From assembly GCA_002104945.1 (NCBI GenBank), contig MCFH01000003.1:1426001-1490000 (forward strand): DNA of 64,000 bases, in the 5' to 3' direction. Made by a program: the position numbers and the translations under genes. A model generated the notes under the pieces. The model was not told where the DNA came from and ran no database searches. It saw only the letters and a list, made by a program, of their open reading frames with translations. The first letter of the stretch is position 1, and the number at the start of each line of letters is the position of its first letter. Of the stretch, positions 15,034 through 29,141 are shown piece after piece. Source of the DNA: Piromyces finnis finn. Lineage: Eukaryota > Fungi > Neocallimastigomycota.

Positions 15034-16595
15034 TTAACGTGATTTAAGGTTCTTTAAGAAATTGGTAATACTACTGCTATGTCCACGATTATTGTTTTTA
15101 ACAAAAGCTTTAGAATCAGTTAAAATAGCTTCATAATCATTTTTATCTAAACTATATTCAAAATCATTATTATCATCTTTATGATTTTTATGTAATTTAT
15201 TATATATCATATTATTATTATTATTATTATTAACGTTTGTGGTTGCACTATTACTTATGGAACTTTTACTTTTTTGATGATGGATTTTTGAACTATTTTT
15301 ATTATAATTCTTAAGTTCTTTTTCTTCATCTTTTTCTAATTGAGATAATACATCAAGTAATTGTTCTTTATATAATTTAATTTTTTGGTATCTGTCTGAA
15401 ACATGAGGATTATTATTGACATTAGTATTACTTGGACTCTTTTTATAGGTTTTCATTATAGGAGTATTGATATTACTATTATAATTACTATTACTGTTAG
15501 TTCGTTGTACTGGTGCTTTATGTTCAACTCTATCATTACATTTATTAATTACTGGAGAATTTGGCATAGCAATTGGTTTTCTTTGATATATTGGTGAATC
15601 AGTAGTTGAAGATATTGGTACCACTTTTTTTATTATTGGATTATTATTGTTAATTGCTTGAGAAACAAAATTTTGTGGTGTATCTTCAATTAATTTAGTC
15701 TTAGTTAGTGGTGGTTCGATTTCTTGAACGTAATCTTTTGGTTTTCTGTTCTTTTTTATAATTTTTCATTAAAATATAAATAAAATATATATATAGTTAG
15801 TCGAACTTTAAATTATAGAATCTTATAGATTCAATTAAGATTTAAATAATACTATATAATTAATAATTTAATAACGTTAATACCTTTATATCGTTGCTGA
15901 AAATTCTTTCTTGAATTAAAACCCATAATTTCTGACTGACTTCAATTAACTTATTCTTTAATAAATATAAAACAGTTTCATATCCAGAATCAATTTGTTT
16001 TTCATACTTGTTAAGAAAGTTTGATATAAACTTATCAAAAATAAGTTGATATCCCTATAAATTTATTTATATTATAATAAATTTCATTTATTAGTTCATT
16101 ATTTACTTTTTATTTCCATCTTATTAATGATAAATTACATTTGTTTGAGGTAAAGCTAACCATAATACAAATACTGCTTTCATTTCATTATAAAATGGAA
16201 ACCTTTTTTTTTTATTCATTATAATTATGTAAATAATAATAATAATTCGTATTAACATTAATAATAAATATTAATTAATTTAAATTAATTTAATATATTA
16301 TTTATGATTATAAGAAAAATAAATAACTATCCATACCAAAATAATATTTTATCGGTAATAATTTGACACATTGTATAAGTACCTATAACAATCCTATTTT
16401 GAAATAAATTTTCGATACATAATAATTATAATGATAATTAATTAATATTATTCATTAAAATTTCTAGTATTTATACCTACCAATATACCAAAATTTTCGA
16501 TGATTCACTTGGATTGTACATAAATATTTTATATGATTTATATACTGGATATAAATATCCAGCTGTCGTACTTTTTAAAATGATACAATCATAAT

Positions 16596-16630
<35 letters not shown>

Positions 16631-16722
16631 TTAATAATGATATTGATCGATGTTATTCTTTTTATTAATTGATATTATTGTAATACTTATTATTACCAGA
16701 CTAGGGTTGAGATAATAGCCAT
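15034..16722 (-). CDS. TB2/DP1/HVA22 (REEP/Yop1-like) ER-shaping protein with a long N-rich C-terminal tail
   Basis: Exons give MAIISTLV..., GYLYPVYKSYK, ILVYW, WFPFYNEMKAVFVLWLALPQT, GYQLIFDKFISNFLNKYEKQID; last exon is ORF 15034-15624. Confidence 0.85.
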
Positions 16723-19700
16723 AATAAAATAATGTTATATTGATGATGATAAATCTATAAAATCTTATTTAAAAGTAAGTGTTGTAATGTATTATAATGT
16801 TGGTTATCTTTGTTGATTAAAAAATAAAAAAAAATTTATAAAGATTTTATTGAATTTGAATTTCAAAAATTATATATAAATTTCATAGTTTTGAACAATT
16901 TAACTTTTTGAATATTACCAACCATTTAATCATTAAAGTCTTTTAATTTTTTATTTATAATAAGTTAATTAAAGAATTAAAATTATTTAATAAAATTAAA
17001 GAAATTTTTCATTAATTTTTTGGATAATAAAATAATAACTCAATAATTTAATGAATATTAATATATATTATTTTTTCTTTTTAAGATATTCATATTATTA
17101 TATGAATATAAACGAATAATGATAACTTTATAATAAAAGAAAAAGTTTAATGGTAAGTAATTATAAATTTTCTTAATATAAAAGATCTTTTAATTAATTT
17201 ATAATATATTAGAAAGATAAATATATTAATTTCATTAATAGTAATTAAATTTTGGATTTAATTATACTAAAATATTGTATAATATTTATAGTAAGATCAT
17301 ATTATATTCAAAAGTAAAATAATAATAAAAGTTTAATAAACCATTAGTTTTAATTATAATTTTTCATTAATATTGCATACCATTGGTAATTATTTATATT
17401 ATAATATTTTAATTATTATGGTAGATACAAAACTATAATTATTACAATTTTTGTTAAGATTAATACTTTAACCAATATTTATTATAGAAATCATGCATTT
17501 TTTTTTTTAGTTGAATCAAAAAAAAAAAAAACATTTCATCCAAATTTATTATATAATTTCTTTTTAATAATATCATAATATCATATTATATATAATATAT
17601 TTATACCATAATGTTTCCTATATATATTTTCTAGGATACTTTTTTTTTTTACAATAGTAGAATAACAATATTAACCTTTTAAAAAAAAATATTTTTTTTA
17701 TTAATTAAAATTTTATTATTAAATAAAATTCAAAATAAAAAAAAAGCAATTTTATTTATAATATTTCTTGAGATAAAAATATAAGTTTTGTGAATTTAAA
17801 CTATATTTTATATGATATTAAATCTAATTTCTAGGATTTATCATTATAAAAAAGCGCGTTAAAAAAAAAAATCTCATATTAAAATAAATGAATAAAAAAC
17901 TATATATTTAAATAAATAATGTATAGATTAGTTAATAAATGTAATTATATATATTAAATAAATATAAATGAATGAATATATTATATGTAAATAAATTAAT
18001 TTTCTTTTATCCAGAATCATTCGTAACTTGATGAAAAAGTAAATAATAGAAAATAATAATAATAATAAGAAGAAGAAGAAGAAGAAGAAGATGATGATGA
18101 TGATGATGATGAAGAAGAAGAATATTATTGCTATTATATAAAATAAATATAATGAATAAAAATGAAAAAAAAAAAAAAAAAAAAAAACAATTACTCTAAT
18201 CGCTATTTAAAATAAACTTTAATCATGTAGTAAGAAAGGATAAATTTTTTGAATTTGAATTGTAATTACACAAAATAATACAGAAAACATTAATAAGAAT
18301 GTTTATTATATGCATTAATTCTATATTCTATAATTAGGTAAAAATTAAACAACTAAAAGCTTAATAATAAAATTTGAAAAAAAGTCCTTTTCCTCCTATG
18401 GAATATCCTCCAAATAAAAAAAAAAATTTTTTTTCTAATTTGATTCAATTAAAATTGAAAATTTTAACATATATTATTTAATATATTATTTAATAAAAAT
18501 ATTTTAGATTCAAATTTATTATTTTAATATATTTAAATATATTTAAATCGAGCATCGAGTATTTTTTTTTTTTTATTTTTTTAAATTTCTTATTTTATTT
18601 ATTATTACCAAAAATAAGAAAGGGCAATTATTTATTATATCAATTAAAGGATATCCTTTATATTTTTTTTTTATTATAAAAAGAAATAACAGAAATATAG
18701 AGATATAATATCCTTTTTTAATTAATGAATATTTTGTCAATTAAAATATCAATATAAATATATATTATTTAAGTGGTTTTCTTAAATAACCTTTTTTTTT
18801 TCTTTTTGTTATTAATAAGAACATAACAATTTAATAATTAAATACATGAAAGGGAATACATTTTGATATACAAATAATAAGTCAAAAAAAAATAGCCAAC
18901 TTATTCGCAAACAAATAAAACAAAATAATTAAAAACAAAAAGATATAGAAAATAATTAAATTATTTTTTTTATTATAGAGTTTTATTATTTTTATAAATA
19001 ATAAGTAGTGCCTTTTTTTTTTTTTTTTTTTTTTTTTTATGAAGTTTTATTTATTATATAGAGTAATTTTTTTTATTATCTATTCTAATATTTAAATATT
19101 TCAACAAAACATAATTTAAAATAATAAATTAAAATAAATTAACCAATATAAAACGTAAAATATATACATTTAATAATAAAAATAATAGTATTATTTATTT
19201 AAATTATCCAAAAAGAAAAAAGAATAAACTTTTTTTTTATAATTTTTAAACAAATAAATAATTAATACTACCTATATATTTATTAAAAAAAGAATAAAAA
19301 CAATAAAATAGAAATAAATGTAAAACAATAAAATAAAGCAAAGTAATTCAAATAAAGTTATTATTTCAAACATATAAATAGTTTTTACTAATAATACAAT
19401 TTTTCAAAACAATTATAAAAGGTATATGAAACTAATTTCATATAATATATATATTTATTTTTCAAATTTAAAAAAAAGTTTTGAAAGAAAAACTAATATT
19501 TATTTAAAATCATTAAAAGTATAAATATCATTTCAAAAATTCAAAATATAATATTTTTCATATTAACAATTTAAATTTGGATATAACATTTTTTTATTCA
19601 ATAATTTAAATATTTATAAAAACTAGTTATATATTAATTAATAATCTTTGATAAACATACAAGTAAGCATTTAATTTATATTTTGTCTTTTTTTTTTTTC

Positions 19701-19878
19701 TTCTTTTTTTATAATATTTGCTAAATCAATATAACATTTTAAAATGATTTCTCGACACTAATTATGAAATATTATATATACATTTATTTTCATATATCAA
19801 TTTAATACAATATAATATTTATATCATGGAAAAACAAAATATCATATTCTATAATTTTTAAAATTTTTATTATACAAT

Positions 19879-22666
19879 ATGACTATATTTGGTATTTTTT
19901 TATTATTATTTTAATTATCAAAAAAAAAAAAAAAAAAAAAAAAAAAAGTGTCAAGTTCAAGTTTGGCTGCCGAAGATGGGAATATACGTTCTTTAGTACC
20001 ATATTTCCATACTTATTCAGAAAAACTTTATGTTTCTGGATATTTATATAAAAAGAATGAATTCCAACCCGATGGAAAACCATTTGTATACAGTAATCCA
20101 AATAAGAAATGGACAAAATGGTGGGTAGAATTATGGGGTCCTGTATTAAAATTTTGGCAAGCACCATTAACAAATCCACCACCATCATCAACCGAAGAAA
20201 TTATTCAAAAAGAATTAGCACCATCACCAAAATTTATAGATGAATTAAAAGCAAATCAACAAGTTCCAAATTATATTAATATATCTGATTCAATTACAGA
20301 ATTATCTTCAGAATACTTAAATGAATCGGAAGAAAATCCTCCATATCCATATCGTTATACCTTTTCATTATCAACAACAAGATTAAATTTATTTGTTTTA
20401 GCTTCACCAACATTAGATTCAGCAAAAAGTTGGGTTGCTGCCATTCGTCTTTCCTGTTTTGAACAATCTAGATTGAATGAACTTTATTCCTATAAATTAT
20501 TAAAAGGTCCTAATTTCACACAATGTTGGTACGATTTTCATTATGATGCTAAAAATCCAACTACTCCAAAAAAGCCAATTTACTATGATGGTTATGTACA
20601 AGCCAGATTGAATTATGCTAAAGAATGGAAACGTTTCTATGTTGTCATTACTTCAGACAATAAAAAGAAAAAGAAAAATTTATTCCAAAAAAAATCAACA
20701 GTAATAAACTCATTAAGTGATTTAACTGCAGGTGAATCTGGTCATATTTGTTTCTATAATGAAAAAGAAGATGCTAAAAAAAAACAACCAATAATTGAAA
20801 TTGATGATGTTTCACAAGTATATGCTGTATGGCCAGAAAAACCAGAAATTGTTGAATCTGGTGCTGGAGGTGTTGTAAAGGTTGAAGGTAATATTCTTTT
20901 TGCTAAAGATCTCCCTCTTCCAGTAAGAGATTTCAGTAATCATCCAAATACAACCTATAAACAACGTCCAGAATCAGCATTTGCATTATTTATGCTTCCA
21001 AATATAACTGATTTAGCAAAATGTATTATTTCTGTGATGGGATCATTTTCATTATCTCCATATGGTTCTATTGGTAAGCAAGACCCAACATTAGGTGACG
21101 GATCAAGCGATATTGGTTTATTAACTGATAACCTTCCAGAAAGTGTTGATCCAACCGAAGTTGATATTAGAACTTGGGGTTTATTATTTTTATCTACTCC
21201 AGAAGTTCAAAGTACAATTAAAGCAAATGAAACATCACTTATTGATACAAAGAATGAATTTGCTAATATTTTAAAAGAAAAACGTACCTGCAGAATTAAT
21301 AAGGATCTTGAAAGTTTTAGAAATAAAGTTAATAAGAGTATTCATGAAAGATGTTCTAGAGAACGTGTTGCATTTGAAAATCATTGGAATGGTATTGATG
21401 ATAATGTAATAAACATTAATAACATGCAATTAAATGAAAAAGAAAATGAAGAAAGTGTTGAGGAAGAAAATGAAAGTATTGAAGAAAAAGCTATTAATGA
21501 AGAAGAAAATGAAGAAGAAGAAGAAGATGATGATGATGACGATGATGACGACGATGACGAAGATGATAATGATGATGACGACGATGATGATGATGACGAT
21601 GACGACGATGAAGAGGATGAACAACAAGTTCAACTTAATAATATGAATATGATGAATCCAATGATTATGAATAATATGCAAATGGGTCAAATGGGTCAAA
21701 TGGTAACTGCTAATGGACAACAATATGCTTTAGTAGCACAACCTGTTATGTCAGAAGATGGTACTCAAATTATTAATTGGACTTATAATTATCAATTAGT
21801 TGATCCAGCTCAATACCAGGTAAAAATTACTAAAATAAAAATAATTATAAAAACAATAATAATGTAATTCAGTATATGGAGGTTGTTTAATATTTAGAAA
21901 ACATTTTATTTATTTTATTTATTATAATATATATTTATATACTTAATTATTTTTAATATATATATTGCATTTCATATAAACTATATAATAATTAAATATT
22001 TTTATATAATATTTATTTTTATAGTTACAAATGCAACAGATGCAAATGATGCAAATGCAACAAATGCAACAAATGCAAATGGCTGCTATGCCGAAACCAG
22101 TATATCCAATGAGTAAAGTTGATGAAGATGAAAGCGATTCTGATGATTCTGATGATTCCGATGACGATTCTGATGATTCTGAAGAAGAAGAAGAAGAAGA
22201 AGAAGAAGAAGAAAATAAAGGAGAAGAAAAAGAGGAAAAAACAGAAAAAGATAGTGAACAAAAAGAATCTGAAGATAAAAATGAAGATTCTGAAAACAAA
22301 GAAAAAGAAATACCAACAATCAATAAAAATGCAGAAACTACACCATCTCCAACTGAAAAACAAAAATCACCAATTAAGGATAACTCAGGTGAAAATGATG
22401 ATAATCAAGCTAAAGATATTCAAGAAACTGCAGAAGACACCAATGAAACCAATGATAATGGAAATGCTCCAGCAAATGAAGAATTAAAAACTGAAGAAAA
22501 ACCAAAGGATATTAATAATGTTGAATCAAAGGATGTCAAAGAAGAAAAAGACAAGGAAGAAGTTAAGGAAGAAGGTGAAGAAAATGAAGGAGAAAATGCA
22601 AACGAAAATGATGAAGGTAATGATGATAAAGAAGAAGATAATGATGAAGATGATGAAGACGATGAC

Positions 22667-22705
<39 letters not shown>

Positions 22706-24471
22706 AATGATGATGATGATGACGACGATGATGATGACGATGATGATGACGATGATGATGACGATGATGATGACGACGAAGATGATGATGACGATGATGA
22801 TGAAGAAGAAGAAGAAAATGAAAATGTTGCTAATCCAATGTTATATAATCCAATGATGCAACAGCAATTAATGATGCCGGTTATGCCGCAAATTGCCAGT
22901 ATACCTGCCTATCAAAGTAAGTAAATAAATAATTAAATAAATATTAAATTTTAGTTTGATAAATAAAAAATATATGAATATTTATATAATATCAAATAAA
23001 ATCTAACTATAATTAATAATGTTTAAAATCAAAATCATAATTATTTTCTTTTTTTATTGTATTATTTTTTAAAAAAAAAATATTATAGATAGAATGTCAA
23101 TGATGGTATTAGATCCAAATCAAATGGCTGCTCAACAAGCCATGTTACAAAATCAAATGATGACAGCTAGTAGTACTACTCCAAAACCTGATTCAAAGGA
23201 TACTGCTCAAGGACCACAACCAGTTCCACAATATGTTCAAAATACTTATTTACAAATGATGAAAGGTGGATCTCTTGATGTATTTCAAGATATGGATCCA
23301 ACAAGTAGTGAATTTATGAATATGCTTCAAGCTCAACGTGCTTCTGTGTTAGGTTTACCTCAACCTCAAACTCCTGTTTTACCTTCTCAAAAAAGTGAAG
23401 ACGACGATGACGATGACGATGACGATGATGATGATGATAGTGACAACTCTCAAAATATTGAAGCTGAAGGTGAAAAGCCTTCTAATTACCCATTATTTGC
23501 ACCAAATTCATTGATGGCCCAAAGAGAAAGAGCAAACGCCCAAAAGAAGTTATTAGAAGAACAACAACAAAAGCTTAGAGAAGAATATGGTGTTGCTCAA
23601 ACTGGTCCTCTCCTTGGTACTGTTAAGAAGGATGGTGGTAAGCCAAAACTTGAAGGTGGTTTAGTTGGTGAAGTTGATCGTAGAGCTCGTGAAAAGGAAA
23701 TGTTAAAGAAAATGGGTATTTATAAGCCTCCACCACCACAAGAAAGACTTCCATCCTATGTTCAAAAGCCAACTGGTAGTCCAATGTTAGGTGGTATGAG
23801 ACCAATGAGCATGATGAGTGGTGCAGGCATGAGACCAATGTCTGTCATGGGTGGTAATTCATTACACCCAGGAGCACCAATGCCACATCCAAGTGGTTCA
23901 GTATATGGTAATGATTATGAAGTTGAAGATCAAAATACCCTTCGTAACCGTGATATGCTTGCTAGAACTTGGTTAGAAAAGGAACGTGAAAAGGAACGTC
24001 AAAGACAATTTGAACGTAATATGGAAATGATGTCAAATAATATGCTTCATCCTCCAAATTCGGGTCACTTAGGACCATATCCAATGCCTCCAAATGATCG
24101 AAGAAGTTTTATGCCACCACCACCACAATCACCATTCAATCCAATGCATATGGGTAGTGGTGTAAATGGAATGTTAACTGCTAAAAAGTATTCAATTACC
24201 AATATTCCAGATGATGATGATGATAGTACTGATGAAGATAAGCCATTAGGTATCATTGCTAGAAAAAACAATAATGATGATGATGATGATGATGATGATA
24301 AGCCATTAGTTGGTATGCTTAAAAATAAAAATAAAGCCAATGCCAAGAAAAAGAATTCTTTAAAAAAGAAACGCGGAAGCAACGATGATGATGACGATGA
24401 TGAAGAAGAAGAGAATTCCAGTAGTGGAACAGAAACAGGAACATCTTCTGAAGATAGTGATGAAGATATTG

Positions 24472-24502
<31 letters not shown>

Positions 24503-26378
24503 TTCTAGTAAAAAAAGAAGAAATAAAAGACGTGGTATTGAAACTAATGAAGAAGAAGATTCTAGTAGTAGAAGAAGAAGAAATAGAAGACGTAATAAAG
24601 ATGAAAGTGAAGATGAAAGTGAAGAAAGTAGTGAAGAAAGTAGTAGTGAAGATAGTGAGGATAATTACAGAAGAAGAAGAGGAAAGGATAAATATTCACG
24701 TTCTAAATATAAGAAAAGTAGTAAAACAAAATCAAAACCTAAATCTAAATCTAAATCCAAATCCAAATCCAAGTCTAAATCTAAATCAAAGTCAAGACAT
24801 CATGGACGTTACAGAGATGAATCTGAATCTGAAAGTGAATCAGAAAAGAGTAGTGAAGAATCATCTGAAGAAGAATCCTCTTATGATGAAGCTCCAAGAA
24901 AATCTAGAAGAGGTAAAAAGTACGAAAGAAAATCAAGTAAATCTTCCAAATCAAAGAAATATAAGAGTAAAAGTAGTAGAAATAATAGTGAAAGTGAAGA
25001 GTCATTAGATGAAATTCCACCTCCACAAGAACAATCCTCTAGTCAAGAATTAGAAGAAAATAGTTTTGAAGAAATAAGCGAAGAAATACTTGAAAGTAAA
25101 AAGAATAAGAGTAGACGTGGTTCTCAAAAAAGCCAAAAATCAAGACGTAGAAAGCATGAAGAAACAACAGATGAATCCGAATCTGAATCTGAATCCGAAT
25201 CATCTGAATCTGAATCTGAGTCTGAATCCGAATCCGAATCTGATTCTAATCACAGACGTTCAAAAAAGAAGGGTAGAAAAGGTACCAGTAAAAAGGATAA
25301 GAAGAAGGGTAAATCATCTAAATCTAAAGTCAAATCTTCTAAATCAAAAAATCGTCGTCATGATGATAGTGATGATGATAGTGATATAAGTGACAAAGAA
25401 ATGTCACCTTCTCAAAGAAGAAAGAGCAAAGATAAACAAATTAAATCTCCAAGTAAGCAAAGCAGTAAACATTCTCCATTATCCTCACCACGCAGAGGTA
25501 AAAATTCTTTAAAATCGCCAAATCTTTTAAATACACAAATGGTGAAATCACCAAAGGTAGTTAGTGCCCATTCTGGACGTTCCTCTAGAGCCTCATCTAG
25601 ACACAATTCACCAAGAATATCACCAAGAAATTCACCTAGAGCAATTTCTCCAAGAAATGAATCCTCCTTACGTTCTCCTAATAGATTACGTTCACCACAT
25701 CCATCTGCTGTACCAATTTCTGCCATTTATAATGACAGTGAGAGTGAAACCGAAACCGAAACCGAAACCGAATCTGAATCTGAATCTGAATCTGAAAAGG
25801 AAATTGTTCCACCACAAGAACAACAACCAGAACCAGAACCAGAACCAGAACAACCTTCTCATCGTCTTTCCTATCAACAACAATATCAGTCATCACCAAG
25901 AAATAGTCCATTCATGCCAATTAAAACCTCATCTTCCAATTCTAATCAATTCTTAGACACTAGTCGTGTAGCACCAAGATCACCAATGAAATCACCATTA
26001 AGATCTCCAACACGTTCACCTATTCGATCTGATTTCCAATCACAACCTACTCCTTCTCCAAAATTAGCCTCACCTGTAGCAAAACCAGCCAAACCTATCT
26101 ATCCTATTAATGTAATTTATGATCAAGTGGATGCTAAATTTGATAGTTTTGTTAAACAATACATTAAAATACGTTCACTTTCAACATTATCACGTAACAC
26201 CTTATATGATCGTTTCTTGAGATGGTGGAGTACCGTTAGAAGTGAAAATGAAGAACCAAATCCACCAATAGAAGTCTTGGAAGAAATTATGATAGATAAT
26301 GGTTTTATGTTAAAGAGATCAGTAAACCCCATTACCGGTATTACCGATAAGGTTTGGAATAATCTTCAATTACTTTAA
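19879..26378 (+). CDS. Skg3/Caf120-like PH-domain protein, ~2,021 aa, 4 exons (19879-19891, 19949-21819, 22025-22916, 23089-26378)
   Basis: Exon lengths sum to 6066 nt (in frame) with GT-AG junctions. N-terminus has YVSGYLYKKNE...KWWVELWGPVLKFW, NYINISDS, WVAAIRLSCFE, YDGYVQARL...EWKRFYVVI, QVYAVWPEKP...VKVEG, matching the recalled Caf120/Skg3 PH-like architecture. Remainder is low complexity. Confidence 0.75.
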
Positions 26379-27304
26379 AAACTAATAAAATAAAAACAAA
26401 AAAATAAAAAATAAAAAATAAATCAATAATAGATATAAAAAAATATATATATAAATTTATAAATTTTAAACAAAAAATAGAACAACAAGAAATAATTACA
26501 TAATAATTTTTAATATCAATAACTAATAATAATAGATAAAATAATAAAATAAATTATAAAAAAAAAAAAAACAAATTCAAAAAAAAAAAATAATAATAAT
26601 AAAAAAATAAAAATAAAAATAAAAATTTTATAAAAAAAAGAGTAATATACTAAATAAAAAGAATATTAATTATTAATAATATTATAAGTGTTTGCCTCTA
26701 TTTATCTTTTTATATTTTTTTTCTTTTCTATTTAGTTTTATTTTACATATTTTAACAAAAGAATATTTTTTTTTTAAAAAAAAAAAGGATTTATTAAAAA
26801 TGAATGATCAAAGTGTACTTTTTTAAAAAAAATTCCAATATTTCATCATTTTCTTTCATATTAAAATATTAATATATAAATTATATCTATTTAGTCAATA
26901 TACCATTAATAAAAAAAAAAATAGTATTTTTATACCATTTTAATGAACCATTAAAAAAAGAAATAGTGGTGAGTATGTTCAAGCGTTAAAATATTTAAGT
27001 GATTTTGGACACTATTTTAAATGTAAAATTTAACATAAAAAAAAATAAATTTAATATATTTATATTAAATTAATAATTATAAAAAAAAATAATATTGTTA
27101 TATATTAATTTTTTTAATTTAAAATTATTATAGAAAAAAAACTTTAATTATTATTAATTTTTATTAAAAAATATTTGGGTTAGCTCTTCATTTCATTGGT
27201 TAAACAAATTAATAAATATATAATTTAATAAAAAAAAAAAAATTTTTTTATCATTTTTTTATTAAAAAACTATTTTTTGTTTAAAAAAAAAAAAATAAAA
27301 AACA

Positions 27305-28441
27305 ATGAAAGTATCATACTTACTTCATGTTTTTATAATATTTTTCATTTCCGTTTTTACTCATAATGTTAAAGGAAAAGATAGTATAATTGAATCTAAC
27401 TTAGTTAAAATGTAAAAAAAAAAAAAAAGAAATATATATTTTTTTTTATTATAATATTAAAATTTTAAAAATTTATTATCATTTTATATAGAACATTAAA
27501 ATATACCGAGGAAAGTGAACTTGATATTTATTACGACAATGAAAAAATAGACATAAAAAGACCTGTAATTATTCATGTACATGGTGGAGGTTGGGCCGAG
27601 GGTAAATTAATAATAAAGAGTTATTAATTATTATATAGAATATTCTTTATAAAATACAAAATAAAATTAAAAAAAAAAAAATGTAAATAAATTGGACACT
27701 AATTTATATTTAGGAAGCAAAGATAAAGAAGCTTATATGGGTGAATTTTTCCAAAAGAAGGATTTTGTTTCTGTTCTTATTAATTATAGACTATATTCAG
27801 AAATTAATGAATTAGATGATATGGTTGAAGATGTCTATAAAGCTATTCAATGGGTTGTTAATAATATAAATCAATATGGTGGTGATTCAGAACAAATAAC
27901 TTTAATTGGACATTCTGCAGGAGCAAATTTAAATACTTTAACTATGGTGAAAGCAGCACTTAATATGATGGTCAATGGAGTTCAACTTCAACCATTCCAT
28001 CTTAAACATATTATTTCATTAAATGGTCATTATGAAATTGAAAATGATAGTGAACTTTCAGTAAAAATCAATGTTCTCAAAGTCGCTGGTGTAATTCCAG
28101 GTCTTGGATTTCTTAAAGATTATGGAAAAGCAAGAGAAAAACTTTTAGTTGGAAAGGAAAATGATAGTAATGATCAATGTAAAATTTTAAAAGGAATGAA
28201 TGATAAATCAATAATATTCCTTGGTGCTGATAAATATACCTTTGTTGAATGTAATTTTGATGTTGTCGTTCCATATGGTACAGCAAAACCAATGATAGAG
28301 CAACTTGAACGTACAGTCGAACAAATAATTATTGATCATAAAGTATATCCTGGAGGTCACAACTATATTCTTGATGGAATTAAGAATAAAAATTCAAAAA
28401 TAGAAAATGAACTTTTATCTATTGTTGAATCTGTATACTAG
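27305..28441 (+). CDS. Secreted alpha/beta-hydrolase esterase (HSL-like / BD-FAE-like), 3 exons (~27305-27411, 27493-27601, 27712-28441)
   Basis: Hydrophobic signal peptide MKVSYLLHVFIIFFISVF, LDIY, HGGGW oxyanion motif, NYRL, GHSAGA nucleophile, candidate Asp (FDVVVP) and His (GGHN). Confidence 0.85.
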
Positions 28442-29141
28442 TTTTTTTCTCTTTTTACCCATTAATATTGATAATATAGTTTATCATGATTAATTTAAAA
28501 TTATACCATATTGCTATATTGTTATATATAATAATAACGTCAATAAAATGTAAATTATATATATGTTTTTAATTAGCATTTATTCAAGAGTTAATAATAA
28601 GAATAATAAAAAAGACATTGTTTTAATTAATATTTATTCAAGAGTTAATAATAAAAAAGGATATCATAAGATATCTGTCAATTTAATATTAATGAAAATT
28701 AATTATTAAAATATATAAAAAAGGGAAAAAAATAAAGGAAAAAAAATGACCATTTATATGAATAATATTCAGATTTTTATTAATATATGTATGGGATACA
28801 AAAAGTAAATTAAAATTATTAATAATCTTAATTGAATATACCGCCGATTTTGCCTTTTTAATTTAACTAACCATATTAAAAATACAAAAAAGTTTTATAA
28901 AATTTAGAACGACTTTTTTTTTTTTTTTTTAATTATATTAATATAATAATAAAAGAAAAAGTATATTTTTCGTACTATATATCAAGATATGAAAAAAAAA
29001 GCATATATATATATTAAAATTTACTAAATAATAGTAAATGAATATTTCCATAAAGAAAAATTTTGAGATGCTTATTCCATTTAGCTTTTTTTTTTTTAAA
29101 AAAAAAAGAGTAATTTACTCTTTTCCTATATATTTAATTTT

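Noticed and set aside
21430-25956. Many antisense and alternative-frame ORFs (poly-M/K/I/F)
   Set aside because: Shadows of trinucleotide-rich low-complexity coding sequence
26955-27025. Short GC-richer stretch translating as NSGEYVQALKYLSDFGHYF
   Set aside because: No start, splice context or recognisable family; cannot be supported as an exon
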